The notes below the pieces were generated by a model. The model was not told the origin of the DNA. It searched no databases and was given only the letters and a program-made list of their open reading frames with translations. Position numbers and translations under genes: made by a program. Positions 24,515 to 36,739 of a stretch of 64,000 nucleotides of DNA are shown here, in pieces. Numbering within the stretch: position 1 is the stretch's first letter; each line of letters opens with the position of its first letter. The DNA is taken from the NCBI RefSeq assembly GCF_030144855.1, contig NW_026778903.1:372001-436000 (forward strand), given 5' to 3'. This DNA is from Hypanus sabinus. Its lineage: Eukaryota.

Positions 24515-25000
24515 CTGAGGAGAAAGATAAGTTGAGGTGAGGCGGGAACTCTGCAGAATCGGATCCCCCCTCAGACAGGAACTGTCCAGGGGGGCCATCT
24601 GGACTTAATTATACTTTGGGGATTGGATTTAATGGAAAACCATGCCTGAATTGGGGTCAGTCAGCCTGCCTGTGTGCGGGGTAAATTGTGTGTTTTTGAT
24701 TTGATTGAGTTTTTTTTTACGAGAGGGACTGATGAAGTCTGAGCTGTGTATGCTGCCGACATGGATTTTAGCAAGGCCTTGATGGGAGGCTCATTGGGTT
24801 TAAGGTGCGTGAGATCCCGAGTGAATCGGCTGTTTGGCTTCAGAATTGGCTTCCCCACATCAGACAGAAGGTAGTGATTGATGAGATGTATTCTGACTGT
24901 AAGTATTTGGACTAGGGGTGTTGTGCAGGGATCCGTACTGGGACGTCAGCTGGATGAAACTGTGTGTCAATATGCTTAGAGACGATGGCCCCTCTGGATT
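24515..25000 (-). pseudogene. Relic of gene-A-type upstream intron and leader-exon acceptor; the exon itself is replaced by CR1 sequence
   Basis: Homologous to 1253-1790 (tctttctcctcag| acceptor retained), but followed by gaggtgcgggagtctaggaccagaggg (CR1) instead of the leader exon. Confidence 0.65.
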
Positions 25001-25189
25001 GTTGTGTTAACTTCTGGTCACCCAATACAGGAAGGGTGTGAAGCACAGGTTAACCAGGGTGTTGCCTGGATTGTTGTATACATGCAACATGGAGAGGTTG
25101 GACAAACTGGGATTGTTTGGGGAGATCTGATAGAAGTTTATGACGTTTCCAAAGGCATAGAGAGAGCAGACAGCCGTTAGCTTTTCCCG

Positions 25190-26190
25190 AGGAAATCTGC
25201 AGATGCTGGAAATTCAAGCAACACACACAAAATGCTGGTGGAACACAGCAGGCCAGGCAGCATCTATAGGGAGAAGAGCTGTCGACGGTTCAGGCCGAGA
25301 CCCTTCGTCAAGGCTAACTAAAAGAAAAGACAGAGTAGGAAGGGGAAATCCAAAATGATAGGAGAAGCCAGAACGGGGTGGGGTGAACCTAAGAGCTGGA
25401 AAGCTGATTGGCAAAAGGGATAAAGAGCTGGAGAAGGGAAAGGGTCATGGGACGGAGGCTGAGGGAGAAACAAAGGGGGAGGGGAGCACCAGAGGGAGAT
25501 GGAGAACAGGAAAAGAGTGACAGGGAGAGAGAGATTAAAAAGGGGAGGGGAAATAAATCAGGGATGGGGTAAGAAGGGGTGGAGGGGCATTAACGGAAGT
25601 TAGAGAAATCAATGTTAATGCCATTAGGTTGGAGGCTACTCATGCAGTATATAAGGAGTTGTTCCTCCAACCCGAGTGTGGCCTCAACTTGACAGTAGAG
25701 GAGGCCATAGATAGACATTCATGCCATCAGGTTGGAGGAACAACATCTTGTATGCTGTCTGGGTAGCCTCCAACCTGATGGCATGAACATTGATTTCTCT
25801 AACTTCCGTTAATGTCTCTCCACCCCTTCTTACCCCATCCCTGATTTACTTCTCCCTCCCCTATTTTTTTCTCTCCCTCAATATCAATCTGTGCATGTTC
25901 TCCATCTCTGTCTGGTTCTCCCTTCCCCATTTCTTTCTCCCAAGGCCTCCCATCCCATGACCCTTTCCCTCTCCAGCTCTGTATCCCTTTTGCCAATCAC
26001 CTTTCCAGCTTGTAGCTTCACTCCAGCCCCTCCTGGCTTCTGCTATCATTTTGGATTTCCCCCTCCCCCTCTCAAATCTCCTACTATCTTTTTCTTTCGG
26101 TTAGTCCTGATGATGGGTCTTGGCCCGAAACGTTGACAATGCTTCCTCCTATTGATGCTGCCTGGCCTGTTGCGTTCCACCAGCATTTTG
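25190..26190. mobile_element. Two Penelope 3' ends in inverted orientation (25190-25735 minus; 25735-26190 plus)
   Basis: Both contain the GIY-YIG C-terminus (EEQHL...LGSLQPDGMNIDFSNF) and the Penelope tail. Confidence 0.75.
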
Positions 26191-26459
26191 AGCCATTAGC
26201 TTTTCCTCGGGGTCGTAATGTCCAACACGAGGAGACGTGCAGCTATAAAGTCAATGTGCGCGTAAGTTTTCCTTGGTGGCGAATTCCTGGAATGTGCTGG
26301 TGGAGTTCCATATGACAAGTGTGTAAAAGGCTCGGAGAGATATACATGGACAGGGATATAGACCAATGAATCTGAATCTCTGTGCATCTTATCTATCTTT
26401 GGTGCTGCCGGAACAGAAGCTGATGAGATAGTGCGGCATAATATCGCATGTGGGTCACT

Positions 26460-27500
26460 ACTTGGGCACAATAACAGTTGCCCGCCCAGGGACAAGGCTA
26501 TTCCTCCGCTCGCTGCCCCTCCTCCTCCTACACTCGCTCGCTCTCTGCCCCTCCCTCACTGGCGCAAACTGGGTTCTTGGTCTTTCTACAGACACATTGA
26601 AATGCTACAGCAGCTTACAGGCCTTTGGCTCCCAAAGCTGTGCTGAACATCAAGGCAAGTCACCTTTTATCGTCATTTCGACCTAAACCGCTGGTACAGT
26701 ACACAGTAAAAACGAGATAACGTTTTTCAGGACCATGGTAAGGACATGTCCTTACTGTTATGTTGTTTGTACTTTCGATTAATAAAAGACTTTACTCCCT
26801 TTAACTTCATTCACTCACGAGAACTGAGAATCTGGACAATTCCGTTCCAGGTACGCACATAGATTCGCTAAACACAAACACTACCCCCATCCCGCGACCA
26901 GAGCCCAGCTCCCTGTGTGGGAAATATCGCCGGTGTGGGTGTCTGTCCCCATCGGCAACCCAACCTGTCACGACTCAACAATAACGGTCCAGTAGTGTCC
27001 CAGCAGTACAACACCACCGTCATGGTCCCGGGAATTTTACCTGAGGATATTCGGCTGTGTGATAATCCCATACACCCGGAGCAGAACCGCTCCAAACCCC
27101 ATCGCGAACGCTGTGGAGAGACTCCCGCTCTCTGCTGCTGGGCCAGCTCCGGTATGATGTTCCATTGCAGGCCCCCCCCGAGTTGAGAAATCTGGGGACC
27201 GATTGGCACAGCTACTGTACTTCGTGCAGTCTTAAAGTGGTAGTCACAATAGGACATGGGTTTTAGGGTCTGTTGGTAGGTACAGAGGAGTTGTCAGGGG
27301 TACCTTTTTTTACTCAGACCGTGGTGAGTGCGTGGAATGCGGTTCCGGCAATGGGGGTGGAGACGGACATGATAGGGTCTTTTGGATAATTACATATTGC
27401 TTAGAAAAATGGAGGGTTAAGGGTAAGCCTAGTAATTGATGTGGCAGGGACATGTTCGGCACAACTTTGTGGGCCGAAGGGCCTGTATTGTGCTGTTGGT
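26460..27500. repeat. Local duplication, paralogous to ~31120-32530
   Basis: Shared blocks cacaataacag.., gacacattgaaatgcta.., aataaaagactt..ccctttaacttcattc, ggctgtgtgataatcccatacac. Confidence 0.85.
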
Positions 27501-28029
27501 TTTCTATGTAAACCTGATGATCCTGTCTCGTTCCACAGGAGTAGATCCCTTATTGCATACTCTACTGTTGGGACATAGTCATAGAAGTTTACAGCACAGA
27601 ACCAGGCCTTTTGGTTTATCGAGTGATTCTAACCATCTACTCCCATTGACCTGCAAACATAGAGTAGGCCATAGATAGACATTCATGCCATCAGGTTGGA
27701 GCCCTCTTCTACTGTCAAGATGAAGCCACACTCAGGTTGGAGGAACAACACCTTATATTCCGTCTGGGTAGCCTCCAACCTGATGGCATGAACGTTGATT
27801 TCTCTAACTTCCGTTAATGTCCCTCCACCCCTTCTTACCCCATCCCTGATTTATTTCCCCCTCCTCTTTTTTTTTTCTCTCTCTCTCTCTCTCTCAATAT
27901 CACTCTTTGCCCGTTCTCCCTCTCCATCTGGTGCACCCCTCCCCATTTCTTTCCCCATCTACTCCCATTACCTGCATACAGACCATAGTCCTTCATACCC
28001 CACCATCCATTCAGCCATCCAAATTGCTC

Positions 28030-28380
28030 TGAAACATTGAACTCAAGCTGGCATTTACCGCTTGTGCTGGCAGCTCATTCCCCACTCTCGCAACCCTCGG
28101 AGTGAATAAATTTCCTCTTTTGTTCCCCCAAACTTGTCATTTTTCACCTTTAACCCATGACCTCTAGTTCTGGTCTCATCCAACCTCAGTGGAAAAAGCC
28201 TGCTTGCATTCACCCTATCTATGTCACTCTTAATTTTGTATACCTCTATCAGATCTCCTTCCAGTCTTTTATGCTCTAAGCATTGAAGTCCAAATCTTTT
28301 CATTCATTCCATACAACTCGCGTCCTCCAGTCCTGGTGACATCCTTGTAATTTTTCCCTGTACCCTTTCAACCTTATTTA
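28030..28380 (-). mobile_element. CR1 3' fragment
   Basis: LEHKRLEGDLIEVYKI..IDRVNASRLFP..TRTRGHGLKV. Confidence 0.85.
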
Positions 28381-28429
28381 CATTTTCCGTTAGGTAGATG
28401 ACCAAACATTTACATTTTCCTTTCGGTAG

Positions 28430-30960
28430 ATGATTCGGAGCAAGAAGGCTGCAAGTGAATGGCTGATTTCGGGAGCAAAGGCAGTTACTATTCAGGGTGG
28501 AAGGGAGGCAAGACTGCGCAGATGCGGGACATCAGCCAGTAGAGTGCAGAAGTTGTAAAAAGAAGACTGTGCTATCCAGCAGGCCGCAGGGTGATAGGGC
28601 TTTGACTCAACGGGACAAGGCGACGTAGGTTTACCCGTGTTAACTGCAGAAAAGAGGAAGTATGTGTGTGAGGCCGGTGTTCTGGGCTCTATGTCAAATG
28701 TGGGAGGACCTGGAGTCTCCCAGCCTCCTGGACAGTCATATCTGCACCTGGTGTGCTAAGCTGCAGCTCCTATGGGACTGAGTTAGAGAACTGCAGGTGC
28801 AGCTAGACAACCATCTTGTCAGGGAGAGGGAGGAGGGGATAGAAGGGATTTATAGGCAGGTGGTCACACCGGGGCCATGGGAGACAAACAAGTGGGTCAC
28901 AGTCAGGAGGGGGATGGAGAAGAGTCAGGTACCAGAGAGTTGCCCCTGTGGCTGTACCTCCTGACAATAAGTACTCCTGTTTGAGTACTGTTGGGGGACA
29001 GCCTATCTGGGGGAAGCAACAGTGGCTGTGCAACTGGCACAGAGTCTGGCCCTGTGGCTCGGAAATGTAGGGAAAGGAGGAGGAAGGCAGTAGTGATAGG
29101 GGACTCTACAGTTAGGGGGTCAGACAAGCAATTCTGTGGATGCAGGAAAGAAACTCGGATGGTAGTTTGTCTCCCAGGTGCCAGGGTCCGGGATGTTTCT
29201 GGTCATGTTCAAGATATCCTGCAGTGAGATGGAGGAAAAGGGAAGAGGTCCTGAAAGCAGACGACAGGGAGTTGGGAAGGAAGTTGAGAAGCAGGACTGT
29301 GAAGGTAGTAATCTTGGGATTACTGCCTCTGCAACGTGACAGTGACTATAGGAATAGAATGAGGTGAAGGATGAATATGTGGTTAAAGGATTGGAGCAGG
29401 GATTCAGATTTTTGGATCATTGGGACCTCTTTTGGGGCTTACACTTGAATCCCGGGGGGGGGGGGGGGGGGGCTAATGTCCTGGCGGGGAGGTTTCCTAA
29501 GGCTACTGGGAAGAGCTTAAACTAGAATTGTTGGGGTGTGGGACCCAAACCGAAGAGACTGGGGAGGAGGTGGCTGACTCACAAATAGAGAAAGCTAAGA
29601 GACTCTGTGTGTGTGTGTGTGTGTGTGAGGAATGGGGACAGGATTGGACCCAGATGCGGGACGCAGGCACTGAAGTACGAGGGGTAGGACAGGATGGGGA
29701 TGCCATGGCATGTAAGGGGTTGTGCAGGCGGGGCTGGATCCCGGAGGTCAGGCGTGGCAGGCAGGAGGATCCCAGAGTTGGTGGCAGACAGGAGGATCCC
29801 TCATAGCGGGCCGCATGGATCCCGGGCAGGGCCGCCTCCCAGGTGGAAACACGGAGTTGGGCAAAGCGCGGACCCCTGGGCAGGTGCAGGGCACAACTCA
29901 TGTGAAACGAGGGGAGGAAAGGGTAGGAGACCTTAGGGCGGGCCGCATGGATCCCAGGCGGAAAACACGGAGGCCTGGGCAGGTGCGGCAACCAGGGCAG
30001 AACCGGAGCTGGTACAGAGCGGGTTAAACCAGCTTCGGAGCAGGAACGACCCCACAACCAGGCTCAGTCCCCAAGCCCCTTATAAACACCTGCTCTCTAA
30101 TAGGTGACAGGTGTACCTCCAAAGATGATCCAATGACTCCGGGTGACAGGAGGGCTAGCTGCAAGGCCTTGAGTCCGGAGTCCACGGACCAGAGCAAGAC
30201 CCGGAAGCCGGACACCAGACCGGACCCTAACAGTAAGGGAGGAGAGGCAGGTGATAGAGAAGGGATGCACTCAAACCAAAGGTTTGAGATGTGTCTATTT
30301 TAACACCAGGTTTGTTGTGAACAAAGCAGATGAGCTTTGAGTGTGGATCGGTACTTGGAGATGTGATGTGGTGGCTATTACAGAGACTTGGATGGCTCAG
30401 GGACAAGAATGGTTCCTTCAAGTGCTGGGCTTTAGATGTTTCAGAAAGGACAGAGAGGGACTGGGAGGCAAAAGAGGTGGGAGTGTGGCACTGTTTCTAA
30501 GAGAGAGTGTCACCGCTGCAGGAAAAGTTGACTTTATGGAGTTATTGTCTACAGAGTCTCTGTGGGTGGAGCTTAGGAACAGGAAAGGGTCAATAAATTT
30601 ACTGGGTGTTTTTTATAAGGCGCTCAATAGTAACAGAGTTATCAAGGAGCAGATTGGGAAACAGATCCTGGAAAGGTGTAATAATATCAGAGTTGTTGTA
30701 ATGGGGGATTTTGATTTCCCAATTATGGATTGCAATCTCTCCAGAGCAAGGGGTTTGGATAGGATGGAGTTTGTTAGGTGTGTTCAGGAAGGTTTCTTGA
30801 CACAGTATGTAGATAAGCCTACAAGAGGAGGGGCTGTACTTGATCTGGTATTGAGAAATGAACCTGGACAGCTGTCAGATCTCTCAGTGGGAGAGCATTT
30901 CGGAGATAGTGATCACAATTCTATCTCCCTTACAATAGCATTGGAGAAAGATAGAAACAG
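28430..30960 (+). mobile_element. 5' part of a CR1 LINE (ORF1 Zn-finger/SGNH-esterase and ORF2 APE endonuclease), interrupted at ~29625-30232 by an LTR-like insert
   Basis: VVIGDSTVRGSDKQFCG..VVCLPGARVRDV (esterase); DVVAITETW, VVVMGDFDFP and LDLVL..GDSDHNSI (APE). Confidence 0.85.
29625..30232. mobile_element. GC-rich LTR-like insertion within the CR1
   Basis: Interrupts collinear CR1 sequence; TG...CA ends (..ccctaaca); internal direct repeat gggccgcatggatccc. Confidence 0.5.
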
Positions 30961-31229
30961 GCAAGTTAGAAAAGCAACACACTCAAAATGCTGGTGGAAC
31001 ACAGCAGGCCAAGCAGCATCCACAGGGAGAAGCACTGTCAACATTTTAGGCCGAGACCCTTCGTCAGGACTGACTGAAAGGAAAGATACTAAGAGATTTG
31101 AAAGTAAGAGGGGGAGGGGCACAATAACAGCAGTCCGCCCGGGGGCAAGGCGATCCCTCGGCTCGCGCTCTTCCCCTCCTCTTGCTCCTCTGGCTCACGC
31201 TCTGCCCCTCCTGCCCCTCCGGCTCGCGC

Positions 31230-31620
31230 TGTGCCCCACCTCTTGCTCCGCTAACTCACGCTCTGCCCCGCTGGCTCACTGCCAGCTCGCGCTCTGCCCC
31301 TCCTCTTGCTCCGCTAACTCACGCTCTGCCCCGCTGGCTCACTGCCAGCTCGCGCTCTGCCCCTCCTCTTGCTCTGCTAACTCACGCTCTGCCCTCTGCC
31401 CCTCCCGCCCCTCCGACGCGCTCTGCCCCTCCTCTTGCTCCGCTAACTCACGCTCTGCCCCGCTGGCTCACCGCCAGCTCGCGCTCTGCCCCTCCCCTTG
31501 CTCCGCTAACTCACGCTCTGCCCCGCTGGCTCACCGCCAGCTCGCGCTCTGCCCCTCCCCTTGCTCCGCTAACACATGCTGTGCCCCGCTTGCTCACCGC
31601 CAATTCTCGCTCTGTCCCTC
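31230..31620. repeat. GC-rich 63-bp tandem repeat (~6 units)
   Basis: ctaactcacgctctgccccgctggctcactgccagctcgcgctctgcccctcctcttgctccg at 31251, 31314 and onward. Confidence 0.93.
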
Positions 31621-34019
31621 CTGCCCCTCCGGCGGGAACTGGTTCTTGGTCTTTTCATGGACACATTGAAATGCTACTCCACAATACAGGCCCTTCGGCC
31701 CACAAAGCTGTGCCGAACATGTCCGTTCTGTCATGCTTTTGTAGTTTATCGCATGTTTGGTGATACTTTAAATTAATAAAAGACTTCACTCCCTTTAACT
31801 TCATTCGCTCACAAGAAGTGAGAATCTGGACAGTTCCGTTCCAGATTCACACAGAGATTCGCTAAACACAGACACTACCCCCATCCCGCGACCTGAGCCC
31901 AGCTCCCGGTGCGGTAGGTGTCGCCGGTACGGGTGTCTGTCCCCGTCGGCAACCCGACCTGTCACAACATCCACGTCTCGGCAATAACTGTCCGGTAGTG
32001 TCCAGCAGTACAACACCACCGTCACGGTACCGGGATTTTTACCTGAGGATAATCGGCTGTGTGATAATCCCATACACCGGGCAGAGAACCGCTCCAAACC
32101 CCATCGCGACCGCAGTGGAGTGACAGACTCCGGTTCTCTGGGGCTGGACCAGCTCAGCTATGACGCTTCATTCTATAACGCCAGTTGAGAAATCTGTACA
32201 GATTGGTACAGCGTTGAGAGCTGCTTCCGCATCTTTCAATGACGTATATTGGGACAACATATTAAAGTGGCTGCCACAAGAGGGCACAGATTTATTGTGC
32301 TGGGGAGTAGGTACAGAGGAGATGTCAGGGGTAAGTTTTTTACTCAGAGTGGTGAGAGTGCAATGGGCTGCCAGCATGGCGGATACCATCGGGTCTTTTA
32401 AGAGATTTTCGGACAGGTACATGGAGCTTAGAAAAATAGAGGGCTATCGGTAAGCCCAGTAATTTCTAAGGTAGGGACATGTTCGGCACAAGTTGGTGGG
32501 CTGAAGGACCTGTATTGTGCCGTAGGTTTTCTGTATTTCTAACCTACACATAATACTCCAAATTAGGCCTCAACTATATCATTCAACATCTCCATAACGT
32601 CCCTTATCCTGTACTCAATTTATGAAGGTTAACTTGCCAAAAGTTTTCTTTCCAACTCTGTGTGACTGACTCCTGAGTAAATACATATGCAAAAGCTCCA
32701 TTTAAGATCTCCCACATCTCTTTAGGCTCCACACGGCTTACCAACTGATCTTCCAGGGACCAATTTTGTCCCTTGCAATCCTTTTGATCTTAACATACCT
32801 GTAGAATCCTTTACGATTCTTCTTCATGTCTGCTTCAGCAATCTTGTGTCTTAGCTCTCCCAATTTTTTTTTAAGCATTCTTACATTTCTGTACTCCATA
32901 AGTACCTCATTTGTTCCTACCTGCCTCTACCTGCTATGCAATGTTTTTTTTATTAACCAGGGCCCCAGGATCTCTTGAAACTCAGGGTTCTCCCAGCCTG
33001 CTATCGTCACAATTATACTCTGACACACACATAAGTTTTGAACCGCAAGCTAGAGAAAATCTGCAAATGTTGGAAATCCAAGCAACACACACCCTATCTC
33101 TGGTGGGTGGGCGGGTGGATCGAAAGGATACAGGTGAGGACAATGTTGATGGTAGAGTGAGGGAAGCTCATTTCTTTGAAGAAGGAGAACATGTAGAAAT
33201 GCCATCCCCTTCTCTCAATTCCTCTATCTCCAATGCACCTGCTCTTGGAATGAGCCTTTTCATTCCAGAACTGGACTACTTCTTTGGTAATGACTCTCCA
33301 ACCCACACAGATGAGCCCTTCTTCTGTCTTCAACCCTCCTTCTTTTCCTCAACACCCCAGTCTGGTCTTCTGCCTGCACTGGATATTTCCATTGTTAACT
33401 GCTGACAAGACATCAACTGTCTTCACCTCTCTCAATTCTAACCTCACTGCTTTGGAATGCAATGCTCTCCTCACTCACCACACTAATCCTAACCTCACCA
33501 TCAAACCTGCAGGTGGTATGGGGTGGAAGTACTGTAATAGTTTGGAGGACTGACTTCTACCTTGCTGAAAGCAGGTGACAACTCTCAGATACTTCCTCTT
33601 ACTTATCACTTGAAGAGGACTCCGCTAAGGAGCACAAGATCCATTGTCTGCCATACCCTCTGACCCTATCAACTGTAAGGATCTGCCTTCAACCCCACAG
33701 TTCCCTTACACTGCATGTCCTGTTTTAACCTCATACCCAAAATCCACAAACCTACCTGTATAGGTGGACACATTGTTTCTGCTTGTTCCTGCCCCACCAA
33801 ACCTGTATCTGCATACCCCTGTTTCGGTCTGTTCCTGCCTACATCCTGCTGACATTTTTATAGAACGTCAGGTTCTATTGCCCCGATCATCTTATTTTCA
33901 CCTCCAGACCCAGCCAGTTCCCCTCCACCAACAATCTCCTCCATCAGGCAAAAATGGTGCTCACTCTCAATAATTTCTCCTTCGGTTCTTCCTATTTCCT
34001 TCAAACCCAAAGTGTAGCC

Positions 34020-34790
34020 ATGAGCACTCTTCCATTTAGAAATCAGATGGCGGAGGGGAAGAAGCTGTTCCTGAGTTGCTGAGTGTGTGCTGTCAGGCTT
34101 CTGTACCTCCTATCTGATGGTAATAGTGAGAAGAGGGCATGCCCTAGGTGCTGGAGGTCCTTAATAATGGATGCTGCCATTCTGAGACACCACTGCTTGA
34201 AGGTGTGCTGGGTACTTTGTAGTCTAGTACCCAAGGTGGAGTTTCTAACCCTCTGCAGCTTCTTCCTGCCTTGTGCATTACCCCCCCCCCCCCCCATACC
34301 AGACAGTGATGCAGCCTGTCAGAATACTCTCCACGGTACATCTGTAGAAGTTTTTGAATGTATTTGTTGACATACCAGATCTCTTTAAACTCCTAATGCA
34401 ATATAGGTCCCCAGGTTAGGTCCTCAGAAATCTTGACCCACGGGAATTTGAAACTGCTCACTCTCTCCACTTCTGATCCCTCTTTGGGGATTGGTATGTG
34501 TTCCTTTGTCTTACTCTTCCTGAAGTCGACAGTCAGCTCTTTCATGTTACTGACGTTGACTGCCAGGTTTTTGCTGCGATACCACTCCACTAGTTGGCCT
34601 TTCTCGCTCCTGTATGCCCTCTTGTCACCAACAATTGTTGTATCATCAGCAAATTTATAGATGGTATTTGAGCTAAGCCGAGCCACACAGTCATGTGTAT
34701 AGAGAGAGTAAAGCAGTGGGCTAAGCATACACCCTTGATGTGCACCAGTGTTGAGGAGATGTTATCACAGACATTTCCAATGGTCTGATA
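34020..34790 (-). mobile_element. Rex/Babar-like (L2-related) LINE 3' RT fragment
   Basis: [45 protein letters not shown]. Confidence 0.85.
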
Positions 34791-36739
34791 TTAACTCTCG
34801 CTTCTCTTGTATTTCAGGAAAAACATTTAGTACCCTCTTGTATATTATTGGCTGTCTTACCTTCATATTTCAACTTCCATACCCCTCACCCCCCATGTGT
34901 TTTTGCTGCATTCTGTTGGTTTTTAAAGCTTCCCAATCATTACATTTCCCACTAATTTTTGCTCTGTTTTCAGCTTTTCTGCTGTCTTTGATTTACCTCC
35001 TCAGCCACGGTTCCCTCGTCCTCCCTTTAGAATACTTCATCTCTGGGACTCAGGATCCACATGCGTAATGTTGCATGAACACTATCAGCAAAGCACTCTG
35101 GTGCAATATTGGCTCCATTTTGCTACAACAAGTAAAGTATATTTCCACATCTCCTTTTTGTCATTTCAAGACAGCACTACATTTCACCCAACAGAGTAAT
35201 TGAAATATGTGTATATGTATATAAAGCAATGATGCCGTTTCAAAGCCCTATCCAAAATTCCCTTTTCATCTGTGTTTGTAAGTACAGCAACACAGGAGAC
35301 CCTTTCTCTGAAAGATCAGAATCCCAAGCCACTCTGCTCTGTAATGCTACTGTATGAGCAGCCATCGGTTCTGCGACAACTTGGTTAATGCTTATTGGGT
35401 TTGATCAAATGCATGTGGAGTTTCATTCATTTAGCACCAGCTGCTCCCTCCCTGTCCCAGAGGCATTCCCTTTATGCTCGGACACCATTGGGCGCTCCCA
35501 CCCTGGCCCTAATCCACCGAGACCTCACCACCAGCCCGACATACACTATCACTACTGATTCTGCCGTATCACCTCAACGTCTACCAGAGGCATCACAATG
35601 ATGATGCCAGGAACCGTAGTTCAAAGAGTTCCATCCGGCCAATGGAAGATCATCAACTCATTAGGAGCTTGTTGGTTTTAGGTGACGTACTGAATCTCTA
35701 CAAACTTCTAAGAAAGTAGATGTGCTGTGGTGCCTTTGTGATGAGGCTCATGTGCTGGTCCCAGGACAGATCCTCTGACATGTTCACCCCAAGGAACTAC
35801 AGCTAATTGACGCTCTCCACCTCTGATCTCTTAATGATGCGTGGGTCATGGACCTCTGATTTCCTCCTGCTGTAGTCAATAATCAGCTCTTTGGTGTTGC
35901 TGATGCTGAGTGAGAAGTTGTTGTGCCACCATACAGAGACATTTTCAAACTCCTTCCTTTATGCTGAATCATGACACCTTCCAATCGGCCCACATTGATG
36001 ATGTCGTTATTTACCTTTAATATCTTTTCATGTTGACAAATTCGCCCATGTTGACCAACAACTTTTAATGCTGGCAAATTCTACATGTAGGATGTAAAAT
36101 AACTTTTAACATTTACAAATTATGCATGTAACTTTAATGACTTTTACTGTCAGCAAATAATACATGTAGCCTTGAATTATCAATGTAACAAATTCTACAT
36201 CTAAATTTGACAATGTAATTTGCACATGTACCTTTAACGACTTAATGTTGGCAAACTCCACATTGAGGGTTCACAACTTTTAATGTTGGCTAGAAGCTAC
36301 AGAGAACAGTAGAAGGAGTGAGAGCTATTACTGATACAGCCGTTACAATGATTGAGGGACATCTACAGGAGGTAATGTCTTGGGAAGGCAACATCCATCA
36401 TCACGGGTCCTCACAAACCAGACCATGTCATCAGACCAGAGGTATGACAGCCTAAAGGCAGACATCTCAAGGTTCAACGACAGCTTCCTCTCCGCTGCTA
36501 TCAGGTTCTTGAACCTACCTACAAAAAAACCCTGTCACTGTCTCTGATTGTGTCTTCCCCACCTTCAGCCTGCACTGATGTTTGAGTAATTAATTAGTAA
36601 TTTATCAACATAATTGCATCAACATGTACCATCTTGGATTTGTGGTCTTACAGCCAGCCATAAAACAAGAAACTCAAAATAACCCATTAAAAGAAACAAC
36701 AAACACGCAAACAAACAAGCCTTCTGAAGGCTTCGCTCT

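Noticed and set aside
30341-31669. Longest ORF (442 aa)
   Set aside because: Chance fusion of CR1 endonuclease, an antisense Penelope tail and an in-frame 63-bp tandem repeat; not a host gene.
36000-36290. Degenerate AT-rich ~40-bp repeats (cttttaatgttggcaaattctacatgta)
   Set aside because: Highly decayed, no open frame or structure; treated as old satellite.
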